DNA from: Octopus bimaculoides
Taxonomy: Eukaryota
Direction of reading: 5' to 3'
Assembly: GCF_001194135.2 (NCBI RefSeq)
Contig: NC_068991.1
Location: 77,133,817-77,197,816 of the forward strand
Length of the DNA: 64,000 nucleotides
A program made the translations under genes and the position numbers. This document shows positions 38,434 through 51,883 of this stretch, in pieces (position 1 is the stretch's first letter; the number at the start of each line of letters is the position of its first letter). Under the pieces are notes generated by a model. The model had not been told where the DNA came from. It made no database searches and saw only the letters and a program-made list of their open reading frames with translations.

Positions 38434-39757
38434 AATAACTGCTTTTCTGATTGCATTCTGCTCTTTCATCTCTCCTGTATCTACCACACATCTTTCTTGA
38501 TCTACTAGTAATTCACCTACCTTCATATCCACTGAATTGTGTCTTACCCCAAAACCTTGGTCTGAACAGTTTGCTAATGCCTGTATCTTCAACATTCCGG
38601 ATACACTCTGTGCATCTGACCATATATATAACAGTTCCATCTTTCTTTTTACCTATTTGTAAATCTATTTCTGTTTCCTGTCTCATGTTGGAGAGAAATG
38701 GTGGAAAGTAGGAGAGGAAAAGAAAAAGAAAAAAATAAATAAAGGGAAAATGAAAAGTGAGAAGAGAAGGAGAGTGTGAAACAGAAGTGAATGATGGGGA
38801 AGGGGGAGAGTGAGAGAGAAGGAGAGAAGGAGAGAGGGAGAGAGGGAGAGAAATGGCTTATGAATGGAGGTATAGAGGGTGGAGAAAAAAAGGAAGGAAA
38901 ACTATAAAAACAAATTAGAAAAGGAAAACTAGTGAGGAATAACGAAAGAATATGAGAGAGAAAGAGAGAGAGAGAATGTCAAGAAATAGAGAGAAGACGA
39001 GAGAGAGGGGGAGAGAGGAGGAGGAGAAAGAGAACGAAGAGACTCAATCCAGAGACATATTTCCTATTTCCTGTTGACACAAAAATCCTAACCAAACCGC
39101 AAGACCATTACAAAAGTACATGCAAGAATAATTCCTTTGGGAGTAGATTCTGCAATTCTTCTGATATATTCTTGAGGATTAAAGATACATTTGCCAAGCT
39201 GATCAACTGAGGGACAAAACTCCATTTATACTCAGCCAACAGTGTACAAGGCTTTTTCTCTACTTTTTTTCCCTTTTTTTTCCTTTTTTTCTCCTTTATT
39301 TCCTTTGTAAGTAGGCATTTACTGTGCCATTAGAGAATTAATACTGGACATTTAGCCATATTTGATTCTGGAGAAGAAGAAGAAGAGGAAAAAAGATCCA
39401 GTAACTATCCATGGTTCTTAGATATTGTTTGATGGAATCGTTGGTGATTCTATAAATCTGTTTGTTTCAGACCTTGTCAGTATGGATTATTGACGTACTG
39501 GCAAACACCAGTTATTTTATCTGTTCACTGATGTTTGAGTTTGAGCAGTATTTCTTTTGGTTAGTTGTTATCAATGAGTTTTATTGATGAATTTTATAGG
39601 AATCTGACTAAAATATCTAAAAGTAGCCGTTTGAACAGGCTTTGAGAAAAATGACTTTGATAGAGGAATCAAAAAGTAAAAAAAATATGATCTATATAAT
39701 CTGAAAATAATTTGAGTTATTTTGATGTGAAATGATCAAAGATTTTATTTATATATG

Positions 39758-39902
39758 CCACGGGCATAGCTGTGTGGTTAAGAAGTTTTACCAGGCAACC
39801 ATGGGATTCCGAGTTCTGTGGCGCTATGTGGACACCTTGAATTAAATGTTTTCTGCCATAGCTTCAGGTTGGTCAATAGGTTGTGAGTAGAATTTGGTAG
39901 AT
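39758..39902 (+). mobile_element. tRNA-derived SINE family B copy
   Basis: 'gggcatagctgtgtggttaagaag...ccgagttc...gacaccttg...gtgagtagaatttggtaga'. Confidence 0.7.
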
Positions 39903-39997
39903 TACAAGTGAGTGTAATCTCATTGTGTGTGGTGTGGTGTGGTGTGGTGTGGTGGTGGTGGTGGTGGTGGTGGTGGTGGNNNNNNNNNNNNNNNNNN

Positions 39998-40059
<62 letters not shown>

Positions 40060-40199
40060 AATAAAATGAAAATGCAATGCATAAAAAAAAAATATTGTGG
40101 AATTTATTCCTTGCAAGTTATATCTCTTTACACAGAAGCAGGCTGGCATCATAATTCACATAACTTTGCCTGGCTGCCAAACAGACTTCACTGATGTTA

Positions 40200-40640
40200 G
40201 ATGTTATAAGTCTCAAAGTAAGATGAGAAAAACAGCTGGACCACTGATAAAACTCCCTGGTGACTTCAATCCTTCTGTATGAGTATGAGAGATAGTCTCT
40301 TACAGCTGACATGGAACAAAGAATTCAGGCATTTGGGCGCAAATGCTTCAGAAGGTTACTGTGCATCCTGCACACGGAACACAAAATGAACAACTTTGTC
40401 AGCAGCAAGTCAATAAATGCATTGGCAGACAGGAACTACTCCTTGCGCAGGTAAGAAGGCAAAAAATTGCCTGGTATGATCACATAACTTGCCATATTTC
40501 CATTTCCAAAACCATCCTTCAGAGCACAGTTGCCGGAGGTCAGAGAGGAGGTAGACAGAGAAAACCCTGGTCAGGTCACATTACTACGCCCCTGTTATGC
40601 ATGACTGTGAACAGGACCAGGGGTGATGGCTGACTGCAAA
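40200..40640 (+). mobile_element. RTE LINE C-terminal fragment
   Basis: 'LTADMEQRIQAF', 'QELLLAQVRRQKIAWYDHIT...KTILQSTVAGGQRGGRQRKPWS'. Confidence 0.85.
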
Positions 40641-40712
40641 AGTGTCTTAAGTGACAACCCAGCAACTGACTGCAACTGCTCAAGAAACTTGCTACTGATG
40701 CTGATGATGATG

Positions 40713-41020
40713 TATCAGGTCATCCCATAAGTTCTGTCCGAATTTTGAATAAAGAAAACAAGTTATCAAATGTTATATTTAATTGAAATTCAATCATCAA
40801 TGTATTTTCCCTGATTATCTATGACTTCCTTCCATCTATTTACAAGCTTTTTAATCCCATCAATGTAAAACTCTTTTGGTTTCAAAGTGAAGAACTCTGA
40901 AATGTCAGTTTCGACCTTCTCCCGGCTTGCGAAAGTTATGTCCCCGCAAATGATTCTGTAAACTACGGAACAAATGATAGTCTGAAGGAGCAAGGTCAGG
41001 AGAATAAGGTGTATCTAGGG
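40713..41020 (-). mobile_element. mariner transposase 3' fragment with terminal repeat
   Basis: Minus: 'PYSPDLAPSDYHLFRSLQNHLRG', frameshift, then 'FASREKVETDISEFF..KPKEFYIDGIKKLVNRWKEVIDNQGKYIDD*'. TIR-like 'tatcaggtcatcccataagttctgtcc' at 40713. Confidence 0.9.
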
Positions 41021-41155
41021 CTACACTGTCAAACGTGGCCCTCTTTTCTTAACGAGGTACATTGTGACTTGAAGTTGATTTGGTTACTATTACTAGTTGT
41101 TCACAAAACATGTTGAAGTTCCCTTATTGATTTGTGCATTCATTTGATTGCTTTT

Positions 41156-41270
<115 letters not shown>

Positions 41271-41983
41271 TCAAAAGCCTACACACTTTCAGCAAGCAGA
41301 GTCTGTGATCACATTTTTTTTTTCATTTTAATTTGCTGTTAGCTTTCATTTCACTTACATTGCTAATTCTCTTGGGAAAGGCATGAACATCATAAATACA
41401 CTTTGCTACTACATCTCAAATCAATAGGACTAATCATGCATTCATGAATACTGCTGATTTTGAATAGTCAAACAACAAGCACAGACATTTGGCTCACATT
41501 TCACCTTTGAGAAAAAAAAAAAAATCCAAAACACATAATCAAATAAAACATGGTTGCACAAGCAAATGCACACGCACACGTACACACGCACACGCACACA
41601 CAACTATATATAGAAATATATATACATATATATATTTGTATGTGAACATATATATATATATATATTATCACACACACGCGTACACAGAGTTCTTTGTTGA
41701 ATTGTTGATGCATTTTTGATTAAATACACAACTTGAAACCTGTTAACCAGTTTGATGTTGAGTCATTCATTCTGTCCGATAGCATTAGGTTAGTAGGGAA
41801 CGAGAGTGTATTTGTTTTCCCAGCCTAAGTAGGGTGGGAAAATTGGCAGAGCTTTTGCTTTTCACTTTTCATTATTCTGTTGGACATTATTAGGATGATG
41901 GGGGTGGGGGATTATGATTTTATGTTTAGAGTATTGATGTCAGTTAATTAACAGACTTTCACGTTAAACACACATGCGCGTGT

Positions 41984-42028
<45 letters not shown>

Positions 42029-42505
42029 CACACACGCTGTGTTTTAATCATAAATTTATGAAGTTAGGCTATGAGTTGGTATATAGCAACAATATTAGAA
42101 GCATCATGTAATAAAAAAGAACCAGGAATTCTATATTTGGTCATGCCATGATATTCAGCAAATTACTATTGACCATTTTCATATCAATTGGGGAAAGACT
42201 GTTGTCTTTAATTTTAAAAATATATTGAGAAGAATGTGTCAAGAAAATTTCTATTTTTTATTATGAGTGAACCATTTAATATTCCTGGAGTGAGAATTTT
42301 CTATGATTATTGAGTTTTCTTTGATAAAGCCAGTTAACATAAGCCTGTAAGAGAGTTTTTATGTAGTCATCTGAGTTATTTAGTTTAGCAGCCAAATCTC
42401 TTTCAACCAGAAGAGGATAATTTTAAGTTGTAAATCTCAGAATTGCATTTATGGGAGATGGCAGAACCCTGGCTATATATACACTCTAAAGAGGGTAATA
42501 ACATA

Positions 42506-42546
<41 letters not shown>

Positions 42547-43003
42547 TCATCATTATCACATATATAAACCATATATTATATATATATGCATATTATATAT
42601 TTTATATATTATATATATATATATATATANNNNNNNNNNNNNNNNNNNNNNNNNNNNNNNNNNNNNNNNNNNNNNNNNNNNNNNNNNNNNNNNNNNNNNN
42701 NNNNNNNNNNNNNNNNNNNNNNNNNNNNNNNNNNNNNNNNNNNNNNNNNNNNNNNNNNNNNNNNNNNNNNNNNNNNNNNNNNNNNNNNNNNNNNNNNNNN
42801 NNNNNNNNNNNNNNCGCAGCAGATTTTTTACAGCTGGATGCACTTCCATTCACCAACCGTCACTTGTTTCTAAGCATGGTAAGGTGCCCATGAATGGACA
42901 TATTTCTGAAAGAAAACTGGGAATAAGCAACATTGCTTCTATGATGCTGCTGCACATTTACAATCATTGCATGATGTCAAGAGACACATGCACACATGCG
43001 CAT

Positions 43004-43037
<34 letters not shown>

Positions 43038-43069
43038 AAGCATACATATATACTTACACACACATATAT

Positions 43070-43215
43070 GATGGACTTCCATATGTTCTCTGTCTTCTAA
43101 ATCCACCCACAAGGCTTTGGGCAGCTCGGGGCTGTAATAGAAGACACCTTCCACATAGTGGTACCAAACCCGAGACCACATAGTTTGGAAACAAGCCTCC
43201 CAGCCATACAGCTGT
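43070..43215 (-). mobile_element. tRNA-derived SINE family B copy
   Basis: 'aaatccacccacaaggctttgg...aagacaccttcc...aaacccgagaccacatagtttggaaacaagc'. Confidence 0.7.
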
Positions 43216-43769
43216 TGCTCCAGCTGGCAGAGCACAAAATGAAAAGTGCGATTTAGAAAGCTAAGTCAATGATGTTGGGGAAGAGTTATACATAATGCCC
43301 TCATCATCACTGTCACCATTTTTACATATATTTTTCGATGCTTGCAAGGATTGAACAGAATTTTGTTGAGGCAGATTTTTTGTACAGCTGGATGCCCTTC
43401 ATGTTGCCAACCCTCACCTGTTTTCAAGTAAGATAACATTGGCCCCATAACTAGACATGTTTTTCCAGAAGATTTAGAAAGAGGGCTACCACTTGTATAA
43501 TGGTGACATTCATTTGTGATTATGACATGATGCTAAGGCAAGGATATAGTACCACATAAACACGCATGTACATGCATGTGTGCATGCGTGCACACACACA
43601 CATATACAAAAGAGCCTTGGTTTGCAAATGCCTCTCCTCATGAAAAAATCAGTTTACAAAGAATGTTTCCAACATGAAATGTCTCTGGTAACAACCAGTA
43701 TATCAATTAATGAAGACACCAGCTGGCAACTAGTTGATACACATACACACAGATATAGACAGCAGACTT

Positions 43770-43920
43770 ACTTGAGCTTCTGTCTACTAAATCCACTCAC
43801 AAGGATTTGGTCAGCCAGGGCAATAACAGAAGATATTTACCCAAGGTGCCATAGTCTAGGATTTAACCAAGAACCGTGTGGTTGGAAAGCAAGCTTCTTA
43901 CCTCACAACCATGCTTGTGC
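43770..43920 (-). mobile_element. tRNA-derived SINE family B copy
   Basis: 'ttctgtctactaaatccactcacaagg...cccaaggtgcc...gtggttggaaagcaagcttcttacc'. Confidence 0.8.
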
Positions 43921-44179
43921 TTGTGTGTGTGTATTAAACTTGCACTATAAGATATTTAATAATCCAATATTTCTGAGGGGAAGGAAAGTTCAGACACAAC
44001 CATCAGTTCTTATTCTTTGAAAATGATTATTTTTCACTTGTATAACCAGTTTATTAAATATTTTAAGGTAAAAGTTTATTATGGAAGAGCCATTTCAGTC
44101 CACAAAAATTTTTAAAATTTATATGAAGCTTGGTTGTTGTTTCCAGCAGGTCAAGTGATTACAGCTTTAATATTTTTAC

Positions 44180-44246
44180 CTTTGTTATTTGCAGTGGAGT
44201 CTGTTCTTTCTGGAGCTTCTCCTTTTTTCTTTAATATCCAGAAGTC
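44180..44246 (-). other. Candidate exon (67 nt)
   Basis: Minus: tttagtaattgtag|GACTTCTGG...AATAACAAAG|gtaaaa. Confidence 0.4.
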
Positions 44247-44498
44247 CTACAATTACTAAACTTGTGTGTCAGTGTGTTGGTCACTATTTAACTACTGCCT
44301 GTCTCTGTGTATATTCATGAAGAAAAGAAACAAAAAGCAAAGAGGTTATGTGGATTCTCTTGCATATTCTCTAAAAAAATTCTTTTCTAATTAATATTTT
44401 CCCTTAAGAAATTTCCTTAACTTAAATTTTATTTAGATTTTTGATTAGGTAAAATAAATAATTAAAAAAAATTCTTTTGACTATTTCGTGGCGCTTAC

Positions 44499-44661
44499 TG
44501 TTTCTTTTTAAAATGTCTTTTCCATTTACTTTTTGTCTGTTTATGAAATTTATCTTTCTAAACTTCTTGTTAAAGATAAAAATAATAATAATGTAGTCGC
44601 TTTTATACTTTCTGAGTTTTGTCTGTATAACAAATGCTTTTCTGTTTGTAAAAAACATTTC
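44499..44661 (-). other. Candidate exon (163 nt), probably 5'UTR
   Basis: Minus: ccactc(t)n-acag|GAAATG...AAGAAACA|gtaagc; strong acceptor and donor, 252 nt from the next candidate exon. Confidence 0.4.
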
Positions 44662-45562
44662 CTGTAAAAAAAAAGAGTGGACTAGAAAGAAAAAAATACA
44701 GGTGCAGGAATGATATTCTTAATTAATTCAACCTGGAAAAGTACAAAACAAGAAGTGAAAGTTTTAAAATATTTGGAATTTAAATATGCCTATTGGGTGC
44801 ATTCAGATAGAAAAAACAGTTCACTCCCATTTCACTTCTGAATTCATTTATTCATGACTATTGGTAAATATTTCATTAGCCTCTGATGGAGGATCACTGC
44901 CCAAAACATTAAAACTTTGTGGAAAAATAACTGATTCCATTTTGTAAAGTTTTTGTATCACTATCTACCAATGTAGACCATCACTTGTTGGATTGAATTT
45001 TACTGTTTTGCTACGATTACATAAATTTTAAATTCTACATTGTCATTAAGTTCTGAAATAGAATTATCAACTTTGAACAAAGCACATCTGCATAAAATGT
45101 ATGTTGTAATAATTCTATACAGTTATGTGTGTGTGTGTGTGAGAGTGAGGAAGAGACAGAGAGAGTGAATGGCTGAGTGTATCTGTGCATGTGTGCATCT
45201 CTCTGCACATGCATAGATAAACTCTTACAAATTCTTGATTTCAGATGAGTCGATAAATGAGTCCCTTCACAGTAGCTTGACTTGTTAGAAATATCAGCAG
45301 AACTCCCTCAAATCAGAACCCCGTTGTTTTAAGTAATGAAAAGATATTAGGTAATGTAGTCGTAGTTACACAAAAAGATGGAACTGCCATGGCTGGAATG
45401 CTTTTGATTATAGGTCTACTCAATAAAGGCTGACTTGAAGTTAAGCAGTAACAACTTGACCTCAGAACAGATGCTTGATTTTATGCCCTATCATTGATGT
45501 AATTAAATTGATCCCAAATTGTAGTATCATTTCTACATTTGGGACTCTATTATGTGTATTAG

Positions 45563-45690
45563 CAGTTCACCATTGGGCCATGCTGTGAATTTTGGTAGTT
45601 CATCATTGGCTATGTTCTGTATTTTGACAGTTCACCATTGGGTCATACTGTGTGTCTTGGCAATCACAGTTGGGACATGCTGTGTATCTT
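45563..45690. repeat. Degenerate ~32-33-bp minisatellite, 3-4 units
   Basis: cagttcaccattgggccatgctgtg / tagttcatcattggctatgttctgt / cagttcaccattgggtcatactgtg / cacagttgggacatgctgtg. Confidence 0.7.
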
Positions 45691-47153
45691 CACATTTTTG
45701 TGTATTTGAACAACCGAAGCTGTGTATAATTAATGAAAGTGCCATGATATTTCAATTTCCAATTTTAATTCTCCCATCTGTGTAATTTAAATATATGAGA
45801 AGCATTTAGAGACTGACTTCTCTATGTATATCATACACTGTCCATACGAGCCATGAGGTCATGTGATCCACTCCCACCATATGCTGGGGGAGTCGTTGTG
45901 TGACAGAGCCTGTCTTTCTACAAGCAACACTTACAAGGAAATTTTAATTTAATGCTCTCACATTAAAATACTTGTTAAATATTCCATACTGTTACTTCTT
46001 TTAGCAATGAACTGTATCTCTTTATAGTACCTAATCATAGCTATGTGGATTTAGCCATTTGAGAGTTAAGTTTTTTTAGTGCAATGTTGTCAACAGGATA
46101 TGAAAAACAAATCCTATCAGCCCGACCAGTTGTGCTTCTCTATTCTTGTAAGGTGTATTGTTTAAAGTCCCTTTTTTTTTTTTGGTACATTAGCACAATT
46201 TCCTTTCCTTCTATTTTCCTTCTCTCTGTTATTTCTAGGTTCTATTGTGTTCTATGCTAAAAGAACAACAAACAAACAAAAAATCTAATTATATTTCAAT
46301 TCTTTTTTTCATATACCATATCTATCAGTTTGTATGTTTTTGTTTTTGAGAAATAAACATACAAATAGGTTTATTTGAATCTAAAGAAATAAAAAAAAAA
46401 TGCTTGGTCATGTGATATAAATGAAGGGTCAAAGGGCTTAAAATGATTCGATTAGGTCATCGTTGATGATAAAATATTCCCAAACAAACAGTGTATTTTA
46501 TTTATTATTTTGTTTTGAGATCAATAACTAACAACTAACAAGAGAAAGTGCCATGCAAAAACCTCTCCATGTGCCACCCCTGCTTGTTCTTCTTCACCCA
46601 ATTCCATCTCCATCTCACCATCTAATACTACAGAAATATTTCCATATACCACCCCTACCTACAGTTGTTTCATTCCAGAGAGTGCTTTGGTTCAAAGGAT
46701 TCTGAACGGGGTAGAATGGGTGAAGACTGTTACACGGCCAATTATAACCCCCCNNNNNNNNNNCCCCCCCACCCAGCACCTCCACCATTGCCACATATTT
46801 TCCCACTGTGTGACAAAGGATTCAGCTATCTTGGAGCCTGCATTCCATATTTTTATTGCCCTCCCCATCTCTCTCTCTCTCTCCCCCCACACACTAACAC
46901 ACATGCACTCACTCACTTGCACACATAAATATATCTATGTATGTTTGCTAATATGCACTAGCACACACACACACACATGCAATTATGTATGCACGTGTAT
47001 GTATGTATGTACTTAGGTATGCATGTATATTCACAAACATCCAAACTTACACATACAAATGCACAGGCATAGAAGGATTCCCATACTCAGAGATAGAAAA
47101 CTACAGAGACAGCACAGATTTTCAAACATAACCATATACATACACTTATTCAA

Positions 47154-47201
<48 letters not shown>

Positions 47202-47282
47202 TATGGTGGTAAGTAGTTGAAGTTTGTGGGTGTTTGAGGTGTGTATAACTTATGTGCATTCTCCTTCTTTTGTTATATATAT

Positions 47283-47934
47283 NNNNNNNNNNNNNNNNNN
47301 NNNNNNNNNNNNNNNNNNNNNNNNNNNNNNNNNNNNNNNNNNNNNNNNNNNNNNNNNNNNNNNNNNNNNNNNNNNNNNNNNNNNNNNNNNNNNNNNNNNN
47401 NNNNNNNNNNNNNNNNNNNNNNNNNNNNNNNNNNNNNNNNNNNNNNNNNNNNNNNNNNNNNNNNNNNNNNNNNNNNNNNNNNNNNNNNNNNNNNNNNNNN
47501 NNNNNNNNNNNNNNNNNNNNNNNNNNNNNNNNNNNNNNNNNNNNNNNNNNNNNNNNNNNNNNNNNNNNNNNNNNNNNNNNNNNNNNNNNNNNNNNNNNNN
47601 NNNNNNNNNNNNNNNNNNNNNNNNNNNNNNNNNNNNNNNNNNNNNNNNNNNNNNNNNNNNNNNNNNNNNNNNNNNNNNNNNNNNNNNNNNNNNNNNNNNN
47701 NNNNNNNNNNNNNNNNNNNNNNNNNNNNNNNNNNNNNNNNNNNNNNNNNNNNNNNNNNNNNNNNNNNNNNNNNNNNNNNNNNNNNNNNNNNNNNNNNNNN
47801 NNNNNNNNNNNNNNNNNNNNNNNNNNNNNNNNNNNNNNNNNNNNNNNNNNNNNNNNNNNNNNNNNNNNNNNNNNNNNNNNNNNNNNNNNNNNNNNNNNNN
47901 NNNNNNNNNNNNNNNNNNNNNNNNNNNNNNNNNN
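47283..47934. other. Assembly gap (N run); other gaps at 39980-39997, 42630-42814, 46754-46763, 49743-50153
   Basis: Runs of n, each flanked by microsatellites. Confidence 1.
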
Positions 47935-48197
47935 ATATATATATATATATATATATGTGTGTATGTGTGTGTGTGTGTGTGAACACACAGTCTCACCTCC
48001 CTGCACACACACACACACACACACGTACTTTAACATTCCCTAACATGCACATTAATGCAGACATATTAACACACATACACAAATAACCAAGTGCACACGT
48101 ACCCAATTTACCCAAAAAACATATTAACCCATACACAGACTGCCCAGGCTCTCCATGCTCAAACACACACAGACTTAAAGTAGCACAGGCGCACACG

Positions 48198-48232
<35 letters not shown>

Positions 48233-49509
48233 ACACGCACGCACACGCGCGCGCGCGCTTGTGATCTTGTGCATGAAATATAAAAAAATGCTTATCACTC
48301 TGCACACATGCATACATAATCATTTAGACACCCGGATACACAAACATAACATTTACCCAAATACTCATTGATTTAACCACCCCACCACCCCTAATACACA
48401 CTCACTCATGCATACTACATACTTTCCCAGCCACCACCTCTCTTCTTCCACATACACACTGTACTACACTACCTCACATACACACACGTATTTACATGCA
48501 TACACACACTGTATCATGAACAGACATTGATATATATATACATTATTATCCTTCTTATTATACATTCGCATACACATACACATAGATATAAGCGTACACC
48601 TTTCTCTGTATTCTTTCACAAGCTGATAGCAATACACTACCCTTTAAAGTTACCCACTTTTTTGCCTTCCCTTCCTCTTTGATTGTTTTTCTTTATTTTT
48701 TTCTTTTTATTAATGGGGTACAGGTTAACAAAAGAACATGTTACATTAATGAATGAACATAAACAATAAGAACTGGTAAACAACTAGAACAACAACTGCA
48801 ACAGCATCATCATCCGGATCATCATTATTCTCGTAATCATCAAGATCAAGAAGAATATAGGGAAACAACACCATCAGTAATAACAACATGCGCCTCCACA
48901 CAGATGCACATTCTCATACGGGTACACATGCTGAACACGGGAAACTAACTCATCAAATCAATAGAGCGTTAAAATACACAAAGAAATACACACACACGCA
49001 ACATGTATAAAATGGCAATACCAGCAATTAAAACAACAATAACAACACATGAAAAATTAGAAGAATATATAACAATAATAAAAACAATATCACACAAAAA
49101 AAAATGGTAAAAAATAAGGAGCAAAAATCAATAAACAACCAACGAAACACCAAAAGTACAACAATAATAGAGACACAAGAAGAAGAAGAAGAAGATAAAG
49201 AGTATAACAACACCTAACAACAAGACCGGGATCAGGAACACAAAAGAAAAGAAGAATAACTAACCAAGAACAAATTATAAGAGTGATAACAACAGCAACA
49301 ACAACATATGAAAAGCAAAAACAACAACAACAGCATATTACAATAAAAAAATAAAAAAAGAAAGAAGAATTGCAGATAAAAAAAAAACTGACAATTCAAA
49401 GAAAAAAAAGCAACAACACAAAAAAGACCCTAATAACAACAATAACAAAATTAATTTGTAAACTTGATAATAAATAAGAACTCAACCAGTAACATGCTAT
49501 CAACTAATC

Positions 49510-49660
49510 ACACAATGGCGAGCCGGTCACATGTTGAATGCATCAATCACATGATCAACGACACGTCAGTCACATGATGGTAAGATGATCACATGAGAGC
49601 CGCTGAGGTTCCAACACTAGGCAATAAAATGGAAATCACCCATTAAGTAAACCGCTTACG
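49510..49660. promoter_or_regulatory. CpG-enriched promoter/enhancer-like cluster of four TCACATG E-boxes
   Basis: CACATG at 49528, 49548, 49571, 49590, all preceded by T and three followed by A; ACACGTCA at 49561; ATGGCG at 49515; 7 CpG in ~145 bp against a CpG-poor background. Confidence 0.5.
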
Positions 49661-50232
49661 TTTGGTGATGCTGATGGTGGTGGTGGTGGTGGTGATGATG
49701 TTGGTGATGTGGATGGTGGTGGTGGTGGTGGTGGTGGTGGTGNNNNNNNNNNNNNNNNNNNNNNNNNNNNNNNNNNNNNNNNNNNNNNNNNNNNNNNNNN
49801 NNNNNNNNNNNNNNNNNNNNNNNNNNNNNNNNNNNNNNNNNNNNNNNNNNNNNNNNNNNNNNNNNNNNNNNNNNNNNNNNNNNNNNNNNNNNNNNNNNNN
49901 NNNNNNNNNNNNNNNNNNNNNNNNNNNNNNNNNNNNNNNNNNNNNNNNNNNNNNNNNNNNNNNNNNNNNNNNNNNNNNNNNNNNNNNNNNNNNNNNNNNN
50001 NNNNNNNNNNNNNNNNNNNNNNNNNNNNNNNNNNNNNNNNNNNNNNNNNNNNNNNNNNNNNNNNNNNNNNNNNNNNNNNNNNNNNNNNNNNNNNNNNNNN
50101 NNNNNNNNNNNNNNNNNNNNNNNNNNNNNNNNNNNNNNNNNNNNNNNNNNNNNCCCCACCTCTCTCTCTCTCTCTCCCCACCTCTCTCTCTCTCTCCCTG
50201 TGTGTATTTTAATAAATAGCATTATCTGTATG

Positions 50233-50314
<82 letters not shown>

Positions 50315-50397
50315 AGCATACACACACACACACACACAGTCATTTAACCTCAAACTTCCATGCTGGCAATATATGTGTGTGTGTGTGTGTGTATCAT

Positions 50398-50560
50398 GCA
50401 GGTGCCGGCATGGCTGTGTGTTAAGAAGTTTACTTCCCAACCACATTGTTTCATTTTCAATCCCACTGCATAGCACCTTGGGTAAGTGTCTTTAGCTGTA
50501 GCCTTGGACTGACCAAAGACATGTGAGTAGATTTGGTAAATGGAAACTGAAAGAAATCCA
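50398..50560 (+). mobile_element. tRNA-derived SINE family B copy
   Basis: 'ggcatggctgtgtgttaagaagtttacttcccaacc...tcccactgcatagcaccttgggtaagtgtctt...ggaaactgaaagaa'. Confidence 0.8.
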
Positions 50561-51059
50561 TTATATATATATGCGCATATAATGTATATGTATATGCACA
50601 TATACATTATATGTATATACACATATAATGTATATGTATATGTACATATAATGTATATGTATATATATATACGTGCATTTATCACTGATCCCTCCCCTAC
50701 CCTTGTTCCTTATTCATTAAACTCTTCTCCACCCTCTTTCTTCATTTCTAAGCATCTCCCACTCTCCTTGTACACTTTTGTAAACTCTATTCACCCACAC
50801 TTCTTGCCTTTCTGTCCCCATGCACTCCTAAAGGCCTACTTATATACCTTAAAGGTCTATCCTAAAACCTCATTACCATTATTTTATTTATCTTTCCAGC
50901 TCCATCCTGGTTACTTCCACTTGTATAATGAGGGCAGACATGTGGATTCTCTACAGCAAGAAACCAGTTCTGTTCTGACTCCCTCTTTCATATTTTAATC
51001 TCTCATCTCCTTTGTATAAAGCCACCTTCCACTTTACTACAGAGACCCTCAGCTGAAGG

Positions 51060-51260
51060 GGATTTGTAAACTGCATGGCAATCTGACTAGAACTGATGCT
51101 ACAAAAAAAAAAACCCACCCACTACACTCTGTAAAGTGGTTGGCATTGGGAAGGGCATCCAGTCATACCAAAGGAGATCTTGGAGCATGATGTAGCTCTC
51201 GGACCAATTGGATTTTGTCCAATTGTCCAACTCATGCCAGCATAAAAGTTAGATGGTAGA
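51060..51260 (+). mobile_element. SINE family A 3' fragment
   Basis: 'cccactacactctgtaaagtggttggcattgggaagggcatccag...ccaactcatgccagcat'. Confidence 0.7.
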
Positions 51261-51883
51261 AGGAGATGGTAATGATAGCTATATATATATAAGCATATAT
51301 ATAAATATATTTAATTAATAACAGTTTGACTCAAATGAAGAGTGAGAGATTTGAGAGAAGCTCAAGACGGTTCAAAATGTTAGGCCTCTATTGGTCAGCT
51401 CAGGTCACCAGCTATTTTCGTTATTCTTAGGCCATGTACTTGGACAGGATGCTGGCAGGATGCTATTGCCACTTCGGTAGCAGGCGGCAGTAAAATGTCT
51501 TCATCAACCTCAGTTCCTTGTAATGGGTACCACTTATTGTAGAGTGAGATGTTAGCATGGGTCTGTAGCTCAGTTGTCATTCAGTGGACATGTAAACCCT
51601 TTAGTGGCAACAGCCTTTACATGACAGTAATCAAATTTGAAGGTGTTGGGTTACAAGTGAGGCTGGATGATCAGCATGGACAGGAGTTGTAATCTATTCT
51701 GGTGTTAGGGATCAAATACCTCGCCCTTGGGCATAGGACAGCTAGGCCTAGGGTGGCATGTCTGGAATGTCAGCTGCTAGAGACTTGAAGTTAATAAACA
51801 GAGAGTAATTCTGATGGCAACAATAAAAGAGTTTATCCTTTCTGTTGTGAGTGTGTCATTATCATCGTTGATTTAATGTCTGC

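Noticed and set aside
39090-39240. Minus 45-codon ORF MEFCPSVDQLGKCIFNPQEYIRRIAESTPKGIILACTFVMVLRFG and nearby plus frames
   Set aside because: Length is within chance for this base composition, competing frames exist on both strands, and no family was recognised.
44883-44915. ctgatgga...cccaaaac and cggctgacag..gcgaaac (17872) as further hammerheads
   Set aside because: The CUGANGA core is not matched and no stem I/II pairing is evident.
42443-50222. ORFs of 167-296 aa containing X runs
   Set aside because: They span N gaps and are not real reading frames.
51300-51860. Possible RTE 5' region
   Set aside because: Only a weak 'WNV' similarity; not enough to call.
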